From positions 156,320 through 220,319 of the forward strand of contig MHTJ01000002.1 in NCBI GenBank assembly GCA_001823065.1: a stretch of DNA of 64,000 nucleotides. Reading direction: 5' to 3'. Positions 48,082-58,060 of this stretch are shown here, piece by piece. The translations under genes were made by a program, and so were the position numbers. The DNA comes from Candidatus Vogelbacteria bacterium RIFOXYD1_FULL_44_32. Lineage in GTDB: Bacteria > Patescibacteriota > Minisyncoccia > Phycocordibacterales > XYD1-FULL-46-19. A model generated the notes under the pieces. It did not search any database and was not told the DNA's origin. It saw nothing but the letters and a program-made list of their open reading frames with translations. Positions within the stretch are counted from its first letter, which is position 1, and each line of letters opens with the position of its first letter.

Positions 48082-49110
48082 TTAATTAGCTAACTGCTGT
48101 TTAATCTTTTTAACAATTTCACTCTTAATTTTGGGGTTCTCCTTAAGGTAGGTTCGAGACGCATCATAGCCACGGCCGAGAGCAATTTTCTCGCCGGCCT
48201 CGGTAGTATATGAATAAGAAGAACCTGACTTCGAGATTAAATCATATTTTTCACCCAAAGCCAACATTTCACCCTCGGGCGAAATACCCTCGTTGTAGAG
48301 GACATCAAACTCGGCCGTTTTAAATGGCGCGGCAACTTTATTTTTTACCACTTTCACTCGAACCCGACCACCGACCACTTCTTCTCCTTTTTTAATCTGG
48401 GCAATTCGGCGAATGTCGAGGCGGACGGAAGCATAAAATTTAAGGGCCTTGCCCCCCGGGGTAGTTTCTGGGTTGCCAAACATGACACCAATTTGCATGC
48501 GAATCTGATTAATAAAAACCACAACCGTTTTCGATTTGGCAACAATGGCGGTCATTTTGCGTAGGGCCTGGGACATTAGGCGGGCTTGCTTACCCACATG
48601 ATGAGCACCCACGTCACCCTCAATTTCATCTTTCGGGGTAAGGGCGGCCACCGAGTCTACCACAATAATATCTATTTTGCCCGATCGGATCAGACTTTCC
48701 ACTATTTCCAGCGCTTGTTCACCATAATCTGGTTGCGAAATAAGAAGCTGATCTATTTTTACGCCGAGCCGTTTAGAATATTCTGGGTCCATGGCATGTT
48801 CCGCATCGATAAAAGCACAAACCCCGCCTAGTTTTTGGGCTTCGGCCACCATATGTAAAGCCAGAGTTGTTTTACCGGAAGACTCCGGACCAAAAATTTC
48901 AATTACTCGTCCGCGGGGAATACCGCCAATCCCAAGTGCCAAATCGAGGCCAAGCGAGCCGGTGGGAATAGCATTAACATTTACTTTTGGTTTATCACCA
49001 AGTTTCATAATCGCTTCGTCACCAAAACGCGATTGAATCGCTCTAATAGTGTCTTCAATATCAGATCCGTCCGCCTCTCTTTTTCTGGTTGGTTTTTTAG
49101 TAAATGCCAT
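48082..49110 (-). CDS. recA: Recombinase RecA.
   Basis: [24 protein letters not shown] (Walker A) and L2 loop [20 protein letters not shown]. Confidence 0.95.
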   Translation of the reverse strand: MAFTKKPTRKREADGSDIEDTIRAIQSRFGDEAIMKLGDKPKVNVNAIPTGSLGLDLALGIGGIPRGRVIEIFGPESSGKTTLALHMVAEAQKLGGVCAFIDAEHAMDPEYSKRLGVKIDQLLISQPDYGEQALEIVESLIRSGKIDIIVVDSVAALTPKDEIEGDVGAHHVGKQARLMSQALRKMTAIVAKSKTVVVFINQIRMQIGVMFGNPETTPGGKALKFYASVRLDIRRIAQIKKGEEVVGGRVRVKVVKNKVAAPFKTAEFDVLYNEGISPEGEMLALGEKYDLISKSGSSYSYTTEAGEKIALGRGYDASRTYLKENPKIKSEIVKKIKQQLAN

Positions 49111-49121
49111 AGGAATATTGT

Positions 49122-49481
49122 TTAGCCTTGATAAATTAATTCGATTTGTTTAGACACCTTACGCCCGAAAGCATCGGTGGCTTTCAAGGTCAGTATATTA
49201 TAGCCGGAAAAGAGGAGCAATGGCTCACTAAAGTGACCCTCATTGTCGGTAAATATCTGGCGGTCGTTCATATAGATTTTAGTAATTCTTTCAACTTTGC
49301 CTTTGACCACTACTAACTCACTCGCATAAATATTACCCGCAGTAGGGGAGAGAATTTCAATGGCCGGACCCTTAATAAGTGCCGTCATTTTAAAGCCAGC
49401 GTAAATAATACAAATTAAAAGGACCACCCCCATCGCCCAAAATGAGACTTGGCGTTGGTTAGATATTTTAACTGGGTTCAT
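49122..49481 (-). CDS. Small membrane-anchored hypothetical protein.
   Basis: N-terminal transmembrane helix. 119 aa. Confidence 0.4.
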   Translation of the reverse strand: MNPVKISNQRQVSFWAMGVVLLICIIYAGFKMTALIKGPAIEILSPTAGNIYASELVVVKGKVERITKIYMNDRQIFTDNEGHFSEPLLLFSGYNILTLKATDAFGRKVSKQIELIYQG

Positions 49482-49486
49482 GTTTA

Positions 49487-51658
49487 TTAAATTAAGTCAG
49501 TGGGCGCGGTGGGGTTGGCCTCCCGATAAACTTCTCGTGGTTTGGCCCCATCACCGGCTCCAATCACACCTCTTTCCTCGAGCATATCTAGGAGACGGGC
49601 TGCTCGGGCATAGCCCACTTTTAGTTTTCTTTGTAAATATGAGGCCGAGGCTTTACCCGCTTCCATTACCGCTAGTCGTGCGTCTTCATACAAATCGTCA
49701 TCATCACTACTATTATCTAAAGCGGTAGAAAATAGCGCGCCACTTGGGGTTTCGGCTTCCAGGCTGATTTCATCGGGTAGCTCATCGGCGTATTGTTCAC
49801 AAAGATAAGCCACCACTTTTTTTACTTCTTGTTCGGAAATAAAAGCAGATTGCAGACGAATTGGTTTAGACATTTCACCTGACAAATAAAGCATGTCACC
49901 AGCGCCTAAAAGTTTTTCAGCCCCAATGCCATCTAAAATAGTTCGTGAATCAATCTGCGAAGCCACCTGGAGGGCGACACGAGTTGGAATATTGGCTTTA
50001 ATTAGACCAGTAATAACTTCGACCGATGGTCTTTGGGTCGAGAGCATAAGGTGGATACCAACTGCGCGCGACATTTGCGCGAGCCGGACAATCGCCGCTT
50101 CTAGTTCGCGGGGGTAGGAAGACATAATGTCGGCCAGCTCATCGATTATGACTACAATATAAGGCATTTGTTCAATGTCCGTATCTTCGCTATTGGTTTT
50201 TTTAAGGGCTGGCTCGAGAACATTGGTGTGATAAGACTGGATATCGCGGACGGCCTCCCGCTCCAAAATATCATACCGCCGGTCCATTTCTTTAGCTGCC
50301 CAACGCAGGGCAACAATGGCTTTTTTGGCATCGGTAATAACCGGGGTTAAAAGATGAGGAATTTTATTATACAAAGTGAGTTCGACCCGTTTTGGGTCAA
50401 TCATAATAAATCGTAAGCGCTCGGGTGGATTACGGTACAAAAGTGAGGTGATGAGGGTGTGGATGGTGACGGATTTGCCCGAGCCGGTCGCGCCGGCAAT
50501 CAGCATATGGGGGGCTTTAGCCATATTGGCAAATAGGGCTAGACCAGAAATACCTCGGCCCAAGCCGACCAATAGGGGGTGGGCAGAGTTCGCAAATTCT
50601 TTGGCACTTAAAATGGAAGCTAAACCGACTGTAGTTTTTTGGCTGTTAGGAATTTCGATGCCAACTAATGATTTACCAGGGATCGGGGCCTCAATCCGGA
50701 GTGGATGGGCGGCCAACGCGAGCGACAAATCATTTTGGAGATTTACAATCCGGGCTAGCTTTACCCCTTCGGCTGGTTTCAAGGCGTAGCGGGTGATTGA
50801 AGGTCCGATTGATATTTCATCCATCTCAACATTTATCCCAAAGTTAGCCAGGGTTCTTTTGATAATATTAGAATTAGCTTTAATGTCGCCGACCTCTGGT
50901 TTGCCAGAGTCACGGGCAAGTAAAGACAGTGGTGGCGGTGTAAATTCCTTGCCTCGGCGGGAGAAACCTTTGAGTGAAGCAAAGAAACCTCCTTCGGCCT
51001 CGGCTTTACCGACCGCTGTGGTTGGGGTAGGTGCTAAGGGGTGGCTTTTGTCTTCCTCACTTTCACTTGTGTCATTGCCGTTGAAAATAGTTGGGCCCTT
51101 ATCTTCCCTGGCCAATTTAGCTTGAGCCAAATCATCTTCAGTGGGCTTACCCCACAGGCGAGTGCCAAATAGTTTTGGTTCGAGGGTCAGACGAGTATCA
51201 AACATAATAAAAATCCCAATTAAAGCGACTGTACTGAGGATAACTAGACTGGAATAGAAATCAAAAAATTTGAGTAAGGGAAAAGATATTAAATTGCCGA
51301 TTACCCCACCAGTTTTTTCGCTGGCTAGCACCACATTGACCAGGCCCAGACTAGAAGTAAAAAGGAGGAGACCACCAAGCAGGCGATGGCTAATAAAATT
51401 TGGACGAACTGTTTTTAAAAAGGAAATTCCAACTACAATAAATATTACAGGAATGAGAAAAAAGCCCGCCCCAAAAAGGTAGTCTAGGCCCTGGTAGGCA
51501 TACTTACCAGCGAGGCCGGCTTTGGCCAAGCTGGCCAGCAAAAAGAAAATACCACAAGCAATAAAGATCACCGCTAAAATACCCTGTTTGGTTTCGTCGC
51601 CTAAACCACCTAGCCAAGCGCTAGCTTGTTCCTTGTCTTCTTTTTTTCGTCTACCCAT
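49487..51658 (-). CDS. ftsK: DNA translocase FtsK/SpoIIIE.
   Basis: N-terminal transmembrane segments, GATGSGKSV (Walker A), and a C-terminal gamma wHTH domain. Confidence 0.9.
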   Translation of the reverse strand: MGRRKKEDKEQASAWLGGLGDETKQGILAVIFIACGIFFLLASLAKAGLAGKYAYQGLDYLFGAGFFLIPVIFIVVGISFLKTVRPNFISHRLLGGLLLFTSSLGLVNVVLASEKTGGVIGNLISFPLLKFFDFYSSLVILSTVALIGIFIMFDTRLTLEPKLFGTRLWGKPTEDDLAQAKLAREDKGPTIFNGNDTSESEEDKSHPLAPTPTTAVGKAEAEGGFFASLKGFSRRGKEFTPPPLSLLARDSGKPEVGDIKANSNIIKRTLANFGINVEMDEISIGPSITRYALKPAEGVKLARIVNLQNDLSLALAAHPLRIEAPIPGKSLVGIEIPNSQKTTVGLASILSAKEFANSAHPLLVGLGRGISGLALFANMAKAPHMLIAGATGSGKSVTIHTLITSLLYRNPPERLRFIMIDPKRVELTLYNKIPHLLTPVITDAKKAIVALRWAAKEMDRRYDILEREAVRDIQSYHTNVLEPALKKTNSEDTDIEQMPYIVVIIDELADIMSSYPRELEAAIVRLAQMSRAVGIHLMLSTQRPSVEVITGLIKANIPTRVALQVASQIDSRTILDGIGAEKLLGAGDMLYLSGEMSKPIRLQSAFISEQEVKKVVAYLCEQYADELPDEISLEAETPSGALFSTALDNSSDDDDLYEDARLAVMEAGKASASYLQRKLKVGYARAARLLDMLEERGVIGAGDGAKPREVYREANPTAPTDLI

Positions 51659-51930
51659 GGGGATCTTTCACGTCTAAATTAGCCCTACCATTAATCCCTA
51701 AATTATAGCAGATTAAACCACCTATTTATACTAGCTCGATGTTTTTGGTGGATATAAATATGGCTAACAATAAGGACATAATAGGCCAAGGGCTAGTGAA
51801 TATTGGACAAAATAATTGTCTGATATATAATAGACGATATAAGACATTATTTGTAAAGGTCACAAGGACAAACAAATAACGGCCAAGAGACAGTCTTTTA
51901 TTTGGCCTATAAACTTAAACTCAAAGACAA

Positions 51931-52686
51931 ATGATTACTAAGGACAAAAATGTAGCGGTAGTAAATTTTTCACCTGAACAGGCTTCTTTTATTGTGACCA
52001 AAAATCAGCGTCTAGCTTCGGCGGTGTATATGGTGACTAACTTAATGCCTGAGACTGAACCCCTAAAATGGAAATTGCGAGAGCTGTCCCTTGGCCTTTT
52101 GGCGGAAATAAATTTGTCTTTTAGTTCCGCTGTCTCACCAGTCAATTTTTTACCCGACAAGTCCTTTAAAATTTTAGGGGATATTTTGTCCTATATTTAC
52201 GTTGCTTTGTCTGATTCAAATATTTCCCAAATGAATTTTATGATTCTGAAACAGGAATATGAATCTTTAAAAAATACTATTACTGCTGGCGCCACGACTG
52301 CAAATTTTTCTTCGTATTTGTTAGCCGGGGGAGAACCACCAGCTCCTACTACCTCTACTATTAGTTTGCCCACACCTGAAGTTTTTTATCAGCAAAGTAA
52401 AGTTGACCGACCTATGACAAGTTCTCCTACCCCTTTGTCTCGGCCAGTTGGGGGGCTACCAAAAGTAAATTTTGGTGCGGGTGATCTGGGGGATAAAGGT
52501 GGCCGTAAGGATAAAATAAAGGAATTTCTTAAAGGACGGGAGTGGACATCTATCAAGGACATTTCTCGCGCCATCCCCGGCTGTAGTGTGAAAACTATCC
52601 AGCGGGACTTGGTGGACCTAGTCAGTGCTGGCCTATTGTTAAAAACCGGTGAACGACGCTGGAGCCGTTATCGTCTTATTGCTTAA
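51931..52686 (+). CDS. Hypothetical protein with a C-terminal winged-helix DNA-binding-like domain.
   Basis: C-terminal KTIQRDLVDLVSAGLLLKTGERRWSRYRL resembles DeoR/FaRel wHTH. Confidence 0.4.
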   Translation: MITKDKNVAVVNFSPEQASFIVTKNQRLASAVYMVTNLMPETEPLKWKLRELSLGLLAEINLSFSSAVSPVNFLPDKSFKILGDILSYIYVALSDSNISQMNFMILKQEYESLKNTITAGATTANFSSYLLAGGEPPAPTTSTISLPTPEVFYQQSKVDRPMTSSPTPLSRPVGGLPKVNFGAGDLGDKGGRKDKIKEFLKGREWTSIKDISRAIPGCSVKTIQRDLVDLVSAGLLLKTGERRWSRYRLIA

Positions 52687-53224
52687 GCTGAAATAGCGGT
52701 TGCCTCTTAATCTCGTTGACTTTTTACCATTTGGCGGTATACTTTAAGGTGGTTTGAAATTGTAGTTTTAGGGCGTTTATCATGAGTTAGATCGAGGACC
52801 AATCTAGACTTATCCACAAAGGTTAAGTCCCAAGTTTGCAGACCGATGCTCAAAATACTATAATTCCATTAAGTACCTTGGTGGTACCCGCTTGTTCGTT
52901 GAAAATTAAATAGCGCTTTATATTTAAAACTACCGCCTATTTCTGCCCTGATTTGTTTATGGCTGACCGACCGAAACGCCGACTAAAATATTGTTATTAA
53001 ACTCATTGGTTGACGTAAGTTGACCAGTGAGGTTAATAAAAAAATTGTTATCAATGATGCGAAGTCCTTTGACTCTTGTGAGTTTTAGGACTTATGCATT
53101 GATAAGTCCGTTAGTTAGAGACAGGTGGAGCACATGTCGATGTGTACTTTGCAAAATCTTTAACAGCGGGCAGAATTCAATTACAAGTTGAATTATAAGT
53201 AATATTTATTCGTTACAAAAAATT

Positions 53225-55252
53225 ATGATAAAAGTTAAACAAGCTGTAGCGTTGGTAGCCGGTTTGGCTGCTGGTGTTATGGTGTTTGCCGCAGTGGCCG
53301 CTCCGGCTCCTGCTCAGGCAGACGCAACTCAAGACAAGATCGATGCTCTTATGCAAGAGATCGCTGCCTTGAAAGCTTCGATGGGTGGTTCAAGTACTGC
53401 GAGTGTTGTTTTCACTCGTGATCTTACTATTGGCTCCACTGGGGCTGATGTTACCGCTCTACAACAGTTTCTTATTGGCAAAGGTCATGTAATTCCAGCT
53501 GGGGCTACCGGTTACTTCGGGGCTCAGACTAAAGCTGCCCTTTCCGCTTACCAGGCTGCTAATGGTATTGTTCCAGCTGCTGGTTATTTTGGTCCGATCA
53601 CTCGCGCCAAGGTTTCTGCTGGTACAACTACTGGTGGCGGTAATACTGATGACGGTGACGATGATAGCGATACCGATACTGACACTGGTGACCTCGAAGG
53701 TGGCGCCGGATCCGTTGACAGTTACAAACTTATGTCTGGTCTAACCAATGAAAAAGTTGGTGAAGATGCCGAAGACGTAGATGTCGCTGGTTTGGAAATT
53801 GAAGTTGATAATGGCTCTGACATTGAAATTACCGCTGTTCGCCTTGTTTTCAACGAAGGTACAGCTGGTAGCGACTTTGACAAGTATGCTTCTGAAGTAG
53901 CCATCATGCTTGATGGTAAAGAAGCGGCTCGTGTTGATGCCGATGAGTTCAACTCCGATAACAACTGGACCAAAACTGTTTCATTGGACAATGGGGCAAT
54001 TATCCGTGGTGGCGACACTGAAAACTTGACAGTTGCCATTTCTGGTATTTCTAACCTTGACACCAATGATGCAGCTGATACTTGGACTGTAGACTTCACT
54101 CAAATTCGCTTCCGTGATGGAGCCGGTGATTCTACTTCTGAAGACCCAGCTACTGGAACTCGCACCTTCTCTTTCGAAAGTTTTGCTACCGCAACCAATG
54201 CGGAGTTGAGACTGGTGGAGAATGATGAAAATATCAATGATGCACATGTTATTGATGTGCATGCAACCGATGATACCAACGATGTTCCCCTTCTTTCTTT
54301 CACTATGGAAGCACGAGGAACTTCTGACTTGAAACTCAACAAATTGGCCGCTAGTACTACAGTTACTGGCGCATCCCATGTTGATGACATTCTTAAGGAA
54401 GTAACACTTTGGATTGATGGTGAAGAGATCACCTCTGGTACTTCAATTCAGGACTCTGATGGTGTCGAAGTTGGTACAACTGAAGGTTATCTTTTTGACG
54501 ACCTAGATTACACCATTGATGCTGGTGACAAGGTAGAAGCCGAGATTCGTGGTTCCTTCAATTCCGTTGCTGATGCATTGGATGAAGGTGATACGGTTAC
54601 GGTTACTATTGACGAAGATACAACCGACACCCCAGCTGCCTGGGATGTTGATGATGAAACTGGCGAGCGTCTAGGTGATGCTGACCTTATTGGTACAGCT
54701 ACTGGTGGTGCTCACCCAATCTACGATAATGGTATTAAGGTTAAATTCTTGAGCCAGTCAACCTCACAGTCTGAGGGTTCAATCGCTGGTGACAAGGACG
54801 TTGCCTCTTTAGTGGTTAAGTTTAGTGTTGAAGCTCTAAATGGTAACAGCCAATATATCTACATCGACGGTGACACCGTGGCTACTGCTACTCCAAGTAC
54901 AGATGCTGATGGTGATGCTTCGGCTGTAGGTTTCTCGTGGGCTACAACAACTGACTCCACAATTGGTACCACTACCGCTCAGATTACTGCAATCTTGGAA
55001 TCCGATAATGGTACCCAAACTGGTGATACCACTACCTCGGGTGACAAGCGTTTCCGGATTACTGCTGGTAGCACCCCTCGGAACTTTACCTTCACGGTAA
55101 CCGTTCCAGCTGAAGGTGTTAACGGTATTGTGGGTTCTAAGGTGACTGGTCTACGTTGGGGTACAACTGATGCCGATGCAATGGCTAATGTGTACACCTA
55201 TGACCTAGGTAACTTTAAGACTAGCCTAGTGACTGGTGTAAGTATTCACTAA
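53225..55252 (+). CDS. Large secreted Asp/Thr-rich surface protein with an N-terminal peptidoglycan-binding (PG_binding_1) domain.
   Basis: Signal peptide, then LTIGSTGADVTALQQFLIGKGH ... GYFGAQTKAALSAYQAANGI. Confidence 0.6.
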   Translation: MIKVKQAVALVAGLAAGVMVFAAVAAPAPAQADATQDKIDALMQEIAALKASMGGSSTASVVFTRDLTIGSTGADVTALQQFLIGKGHVIPAGATGYFGAQTKAALSAYQAANGIVPAAGYFGPITRAKVSAGTTTGGGNTDDGDDDSDTDTDTGDLEGGAGSVDSYKLMSGLTNEKVGEDAEDVDVAGLEIEVDNGSDIEITAVRLVFNEGTAGSDFDKYASEVAIMLDGKEAARVDADEFNSDNNWTKTVSLDNGAIIRGGDTENLTVAISGISNLDTNDAADTWTVDFTQIRFRDGAGDSTSEDPATGTRTFSFESFATATNAELRLVENDENINDAHVIDVHATDDTNDVPLLSFTMEARGTSDLKLNKLAASTTVTGASHVDDILKEVTLWIDGEEITSGTSIQDSDGVEVGTTEGYLFDDLDYTIDAGDKVEAEIRGSFNSVADALDEGDTVTVTIDEDTTDTPAAWDVDDETGERLGDADLIGTATGGAHPIYDNGIKVKFLSQSTSQSEGSIAGDKDVASLVVKFSVEALNGNSQYIYIDGDTVATATPSTDADGDASAVGFSWATTTDSTIGTTTAQITAILESDNGTQTGDTTTSGDKRFRITAGSTPRNFTFTVTVPAEGVNGIVGSKVTGLRWGTTDADAMANVYTYDLGNFKTSLVTGVSIH

Positions 55253-55454
55253 TTATTAGCGCTTGTGATCTTGGCTAACTTTGGTTAGTTGAGATAGCTA
55301 ACAAAAAACCCCGCGCCTATGGCGCGGGGTTTTTTGTGTGGGGGTTATCCACTTTTTACTCTGGTATTAACTGTCTCCTTTGTCTGCGTTAAATTATAAT
55401 TTAGTAGAGATTTATTTATTAGCTTTGTAAATTTAAATTATTGAAAGTTATGCT

Positions 55455-56375
55455 ATGATAAAAATCTTTACTAAAAGTTTTCTTTTTCTGTTTTTTGTTT
55501 TTTCTCTGGGTTTGTTGGTTGTACCCTCTGTCGAGGCAGCCACAACTGATTTCGTAGCCGATGGTGATATAACCGTGGCTAGTGTTGTTTATAATTCTCT
55601 GACAGCCGATCTTCTCATCCTAAATGGGTCTAAGGCTGAGATTTGGAATTTTGATAGTAGTAACTTTATTGTTACCAACCCTGATCCCAGTGCCCAATTT
55701 AAGGTTGGTTCTTCTGATGCCTCGGTCAAATCTATTAGGACTCGGCTAACAACTGGTGATGATGAAGTTTGTGCTAATAATACAACACCTGGTACAAGTT
55801 ATGTGACAGTACCAACACAAGGTGCTTACTTTGTTTATCCTTCTTCTGATTCTTGTACCACTGCTTCCTCAGGGGGTACAGGTGGTGGGGGTGGAGGCGG
55901 GAATAAGAAGGCCAAGCCAGTTACGTCTGCTATCCCAGCTGTGCCTGGGGTGAGCTCGGCGGTACCAGCTTCACCGGCGCTGGCCAATGCTTCTGCTCAA
56001 GCTTCGTTTAATCGCGCCTTGACTGTAGGTAGCACTGGGGCCGATGTGAAAAGTTTGCAACAGTTTTTAAATAGTCATGGTTTTGCGGTGGCAAGCGTTG
56101 GGGCAGGTTCGCCCGGCCTAGAGACAACTCTCTTTGGTCCAGCCACTAAAGCCGCGGTGCTGAAGTTTCAATTAGCCAATGGGGTTGTCTTGTCTGCTAG
56201 TGATTTAGGGGCTGGTCGAATGGGCCCACTCACCATGGCCAAGATAAATGGTCTATTAAATGGTGGGGTACCAGTGTCAGTGGGCGCTACCTCAAGAGAA
56301 GAACAGGTCAAGTCCTTAATCGCTGAACTAGAGCTACTTAAGTCGCAGTGGCAGGCCTATCAAGCCAGTCATTAA
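55455..56375 (+). CDS. Secreted protein with a Gly-rich linker and a C-terminal PG_binding_1 domain.
   Basis: Signal peptide, GGTGGGGGGG linker, and LTVGSTGADVKSLQQFLNSHGF ... FGPATKAAVLKFQLANGV. Confidence 0.6.
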   Translation: MIKIFTKSFLFLFFVFSLGLLVVPSVEAATTDFVADGDITVASVVYNSLTADLLILNGSKAEIWNFDSSNFIVTNPDPSAQFKVGSSDASVKSIRTRLTTGDDEVCANNTTPGTSYVTVPTQGAYFVYPSSDSCTTASSGGTGGGGGGGNKKAKPVTSAIPAVPGVSSAVPASPALANASAQASFNRALTVGSTGADVKSLQQFLNSHGFAVASVGAGSPGLETTLFGPATKAAVLKFQLANGVVLSASDLGAGRMGPLTMAKINGLLNGGVPVSVGATSREEQVKSLIAELELLKSQWQAYQASH

Positions 56376-56415
56376 TTTAGCAAATTTATTATAAGTTATT
56401 AAGTAAAAAGTTATT

Positions 56416-56859
56416 ATGGATCTAAAAACTATTTCTAAAAGTCTTACTTTATCCGCTTTGTCATTTTTCCTTGCCACTGGTGTTTTGTACGCTGCCTCGA
56501 CCATTGGCGCCAATATGGTGACTACGGGCACTCTATCCGTAACGGGTGCCAGTACTCTGACTGGTGATGTGACCAGCTCCGGTACGATTACGGGTGCCGA
56601 TATTACCTCGACTGATGACGTAACAGCTGGTGATGATTTGGTGGTTTCTGGTGGAACAGCAACTATTACCACTACAAATTCTGCGACCTCTACGGCCGTT
56701 GTCGGTTGTATTCAAACAACCGCTACCAGCACAGGACAGTATATTAAGCTAGTCCCTTTTGCTACTTCAACCGATGCTAACGGAAATGCGGTGGGAAGCA
56801 ATAATGGCGGGAACACACCTTTTGGTGGTTATGTAATGTGGGCCTACGGTTCGTGCTAG
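56416..56859 (+). CDS. Secreted Thr/Gly-rich small protein, hypothetical.
   Basis: Signal peptide plus a TG/TS-rich repetitive body. Confidence 0.4.
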   Translation: MDLKTISKSLTLSALSFFLATGVLYAASTIGANMVTTGTLSVTGASTLTGDVTSSGTITGADITSTDDVTAGDDLVVSGGTATITTTNSATSTAVVGCIQTTATSTGQYIKLVPFATSTDANGNAVGSNNGGNTPFGGYVMWAYGSC

Positions 56860-57004
56860 TTGTTTCTTGTCCTAAGTGTTTATAAATCCTGAAAGTTGAA
56901 GCCCAAAAATACCCCGTAAGGGGTATTTTTGGGCTTGGAAACAATAATTCCTCTATTTACAGTTGCCTCAGACTTACACTTTAGGCTACAATTAAAACAA
57001 TAAT

Positions 57005-58030
57005 ATGAAATACACTAAGGGTGAGCTGGACAATGAACTGCTGATTTTTATTGGCATTTTTCTAGTTTTAGGTTTAGCTTGGGTGACCATGTCTCCGGAC
57101 ACTGAAAAAGCCAAACAACAACCCCTGACTGGTATTTTCCAAAATATAAACCCGGGGTTGGTGGGGACAAATAGCAGCCCTTCTGGGAGTCAGTCAGCCA
57201 GTGCCCAAGGTAAAAAAGAAGAGACGACGATTACCCTGGCCGGGTGGACTTATACTAAATCGCCTTGGTATGGACAAGTGGAGCTTAGTGCCGGTAATGC
57301 CCGCTCACAGAGTAGGGCTAATATGGAATATGTAGTTTTAGGCTCTAATAACCAGAATAAAGACAATATAAACATTACTGGTTGGAAATTAGAAAATGGG
57401 CGAGGACGAAAGATTACTGAACCAGCCAAATCGAAGGCGGTGGTTTTGCCTTCGCAGTGGTCCACTATCCCTAGAGGGGCCGAACTTTTTTTACTAGATA
57501 AATCAGTTTTGGGCCCAGTTATTCTCTGGCCGGGGGATAAAGCGATAATTACTACTGGCTCACTAAAAACTGGCGGTGATCTGCCGGTGCGCGTGAGTTT
57601 TAAGACCAATTTGTGTACCGGCTATTTGGCTGACAATAAGCGCAATGAGTTTATTCCTACCCTGCGCCGTAATTGCCCGAAAATAAGTGTTGACCCAGAA
57701 GCGTCTAAGATGTCGGACGAGTGCTATAAATTTATCCGCAATTATCCCACTTGCCATACCCCAGACACCAAGCCTTATCGCAATTATCTTGGCGATTTGA
57801 TAAAAAATCATATTGATAAAAATACCGCCGTGAGCAAGCTTTGTCGCGGGTGGATTATTAGTCGGGCCAGCTACAGTACTTGTGTGGCCAATAATTTGGC
57901 GGCCAAAGATTTTACTGGAGACGAATGGCGTATTTTCCTCAATCGCGATTGGGAATTGTGGGACAATGACCGCGAAGTAATTACTCTTTATGACACCAAT
58001 GGCCTTTTGGTCGACCAAATTTCCTATTAA
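57005..58030 (+). CDS. Membrane-anchored extracellular protein with a lamin-tail-domain (LTD)-like region and a Cys-rich C-terminus.
   Basis: ANMEYVVLGSNNQNKDNINITGWKLENGRG ... and a terminal EVITLYDTNGLLVDQISY. Confidence 0.5.
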   Translation: MKYTKGELDNELLIFIGIFLVLGLAWVTMSPDTEKAKQQPLTGIFQNINPGLVGTNSSPSGSQSASAQGKKEETTITLAGWTYTKSPWYGQVELSAGNARSQSRANMEYVVLGSNNQNKDNINITGWKLENGRGRKITEPAKSKAVVLPSQWSTIPRGAELFLLDKSVLGPVILWPGDKAIITTGSLKTGGDLPVRVSFKTNLCTGYLADNKRNEFIPTLRRNCPKISVDPEASKMSDECYKFIRNYPTCHTPDTKPYRNYLGDLIKNHIDKNTAVSKLCRGWIISRASYSTCVANNLAAKDFTGDEWRIFLNRDWELWDNDREVITLYDTNGLLVDQISY

Positions 58031-58060
58031 GCAGTAATAAATTTACTGGCATTAAATTTT

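Noticed and set aside
53225-56375. A diversity-generating retroelement (template/variable repeat pair) suggested by similar segments in the two PG-binding proteins.
   Set aside because: The similarity is at the protein-domain level (PG_binding_1 paralogs), not a near-identical DNA repeat with adenine-specific differences. No reverse transcriptase is in the window.
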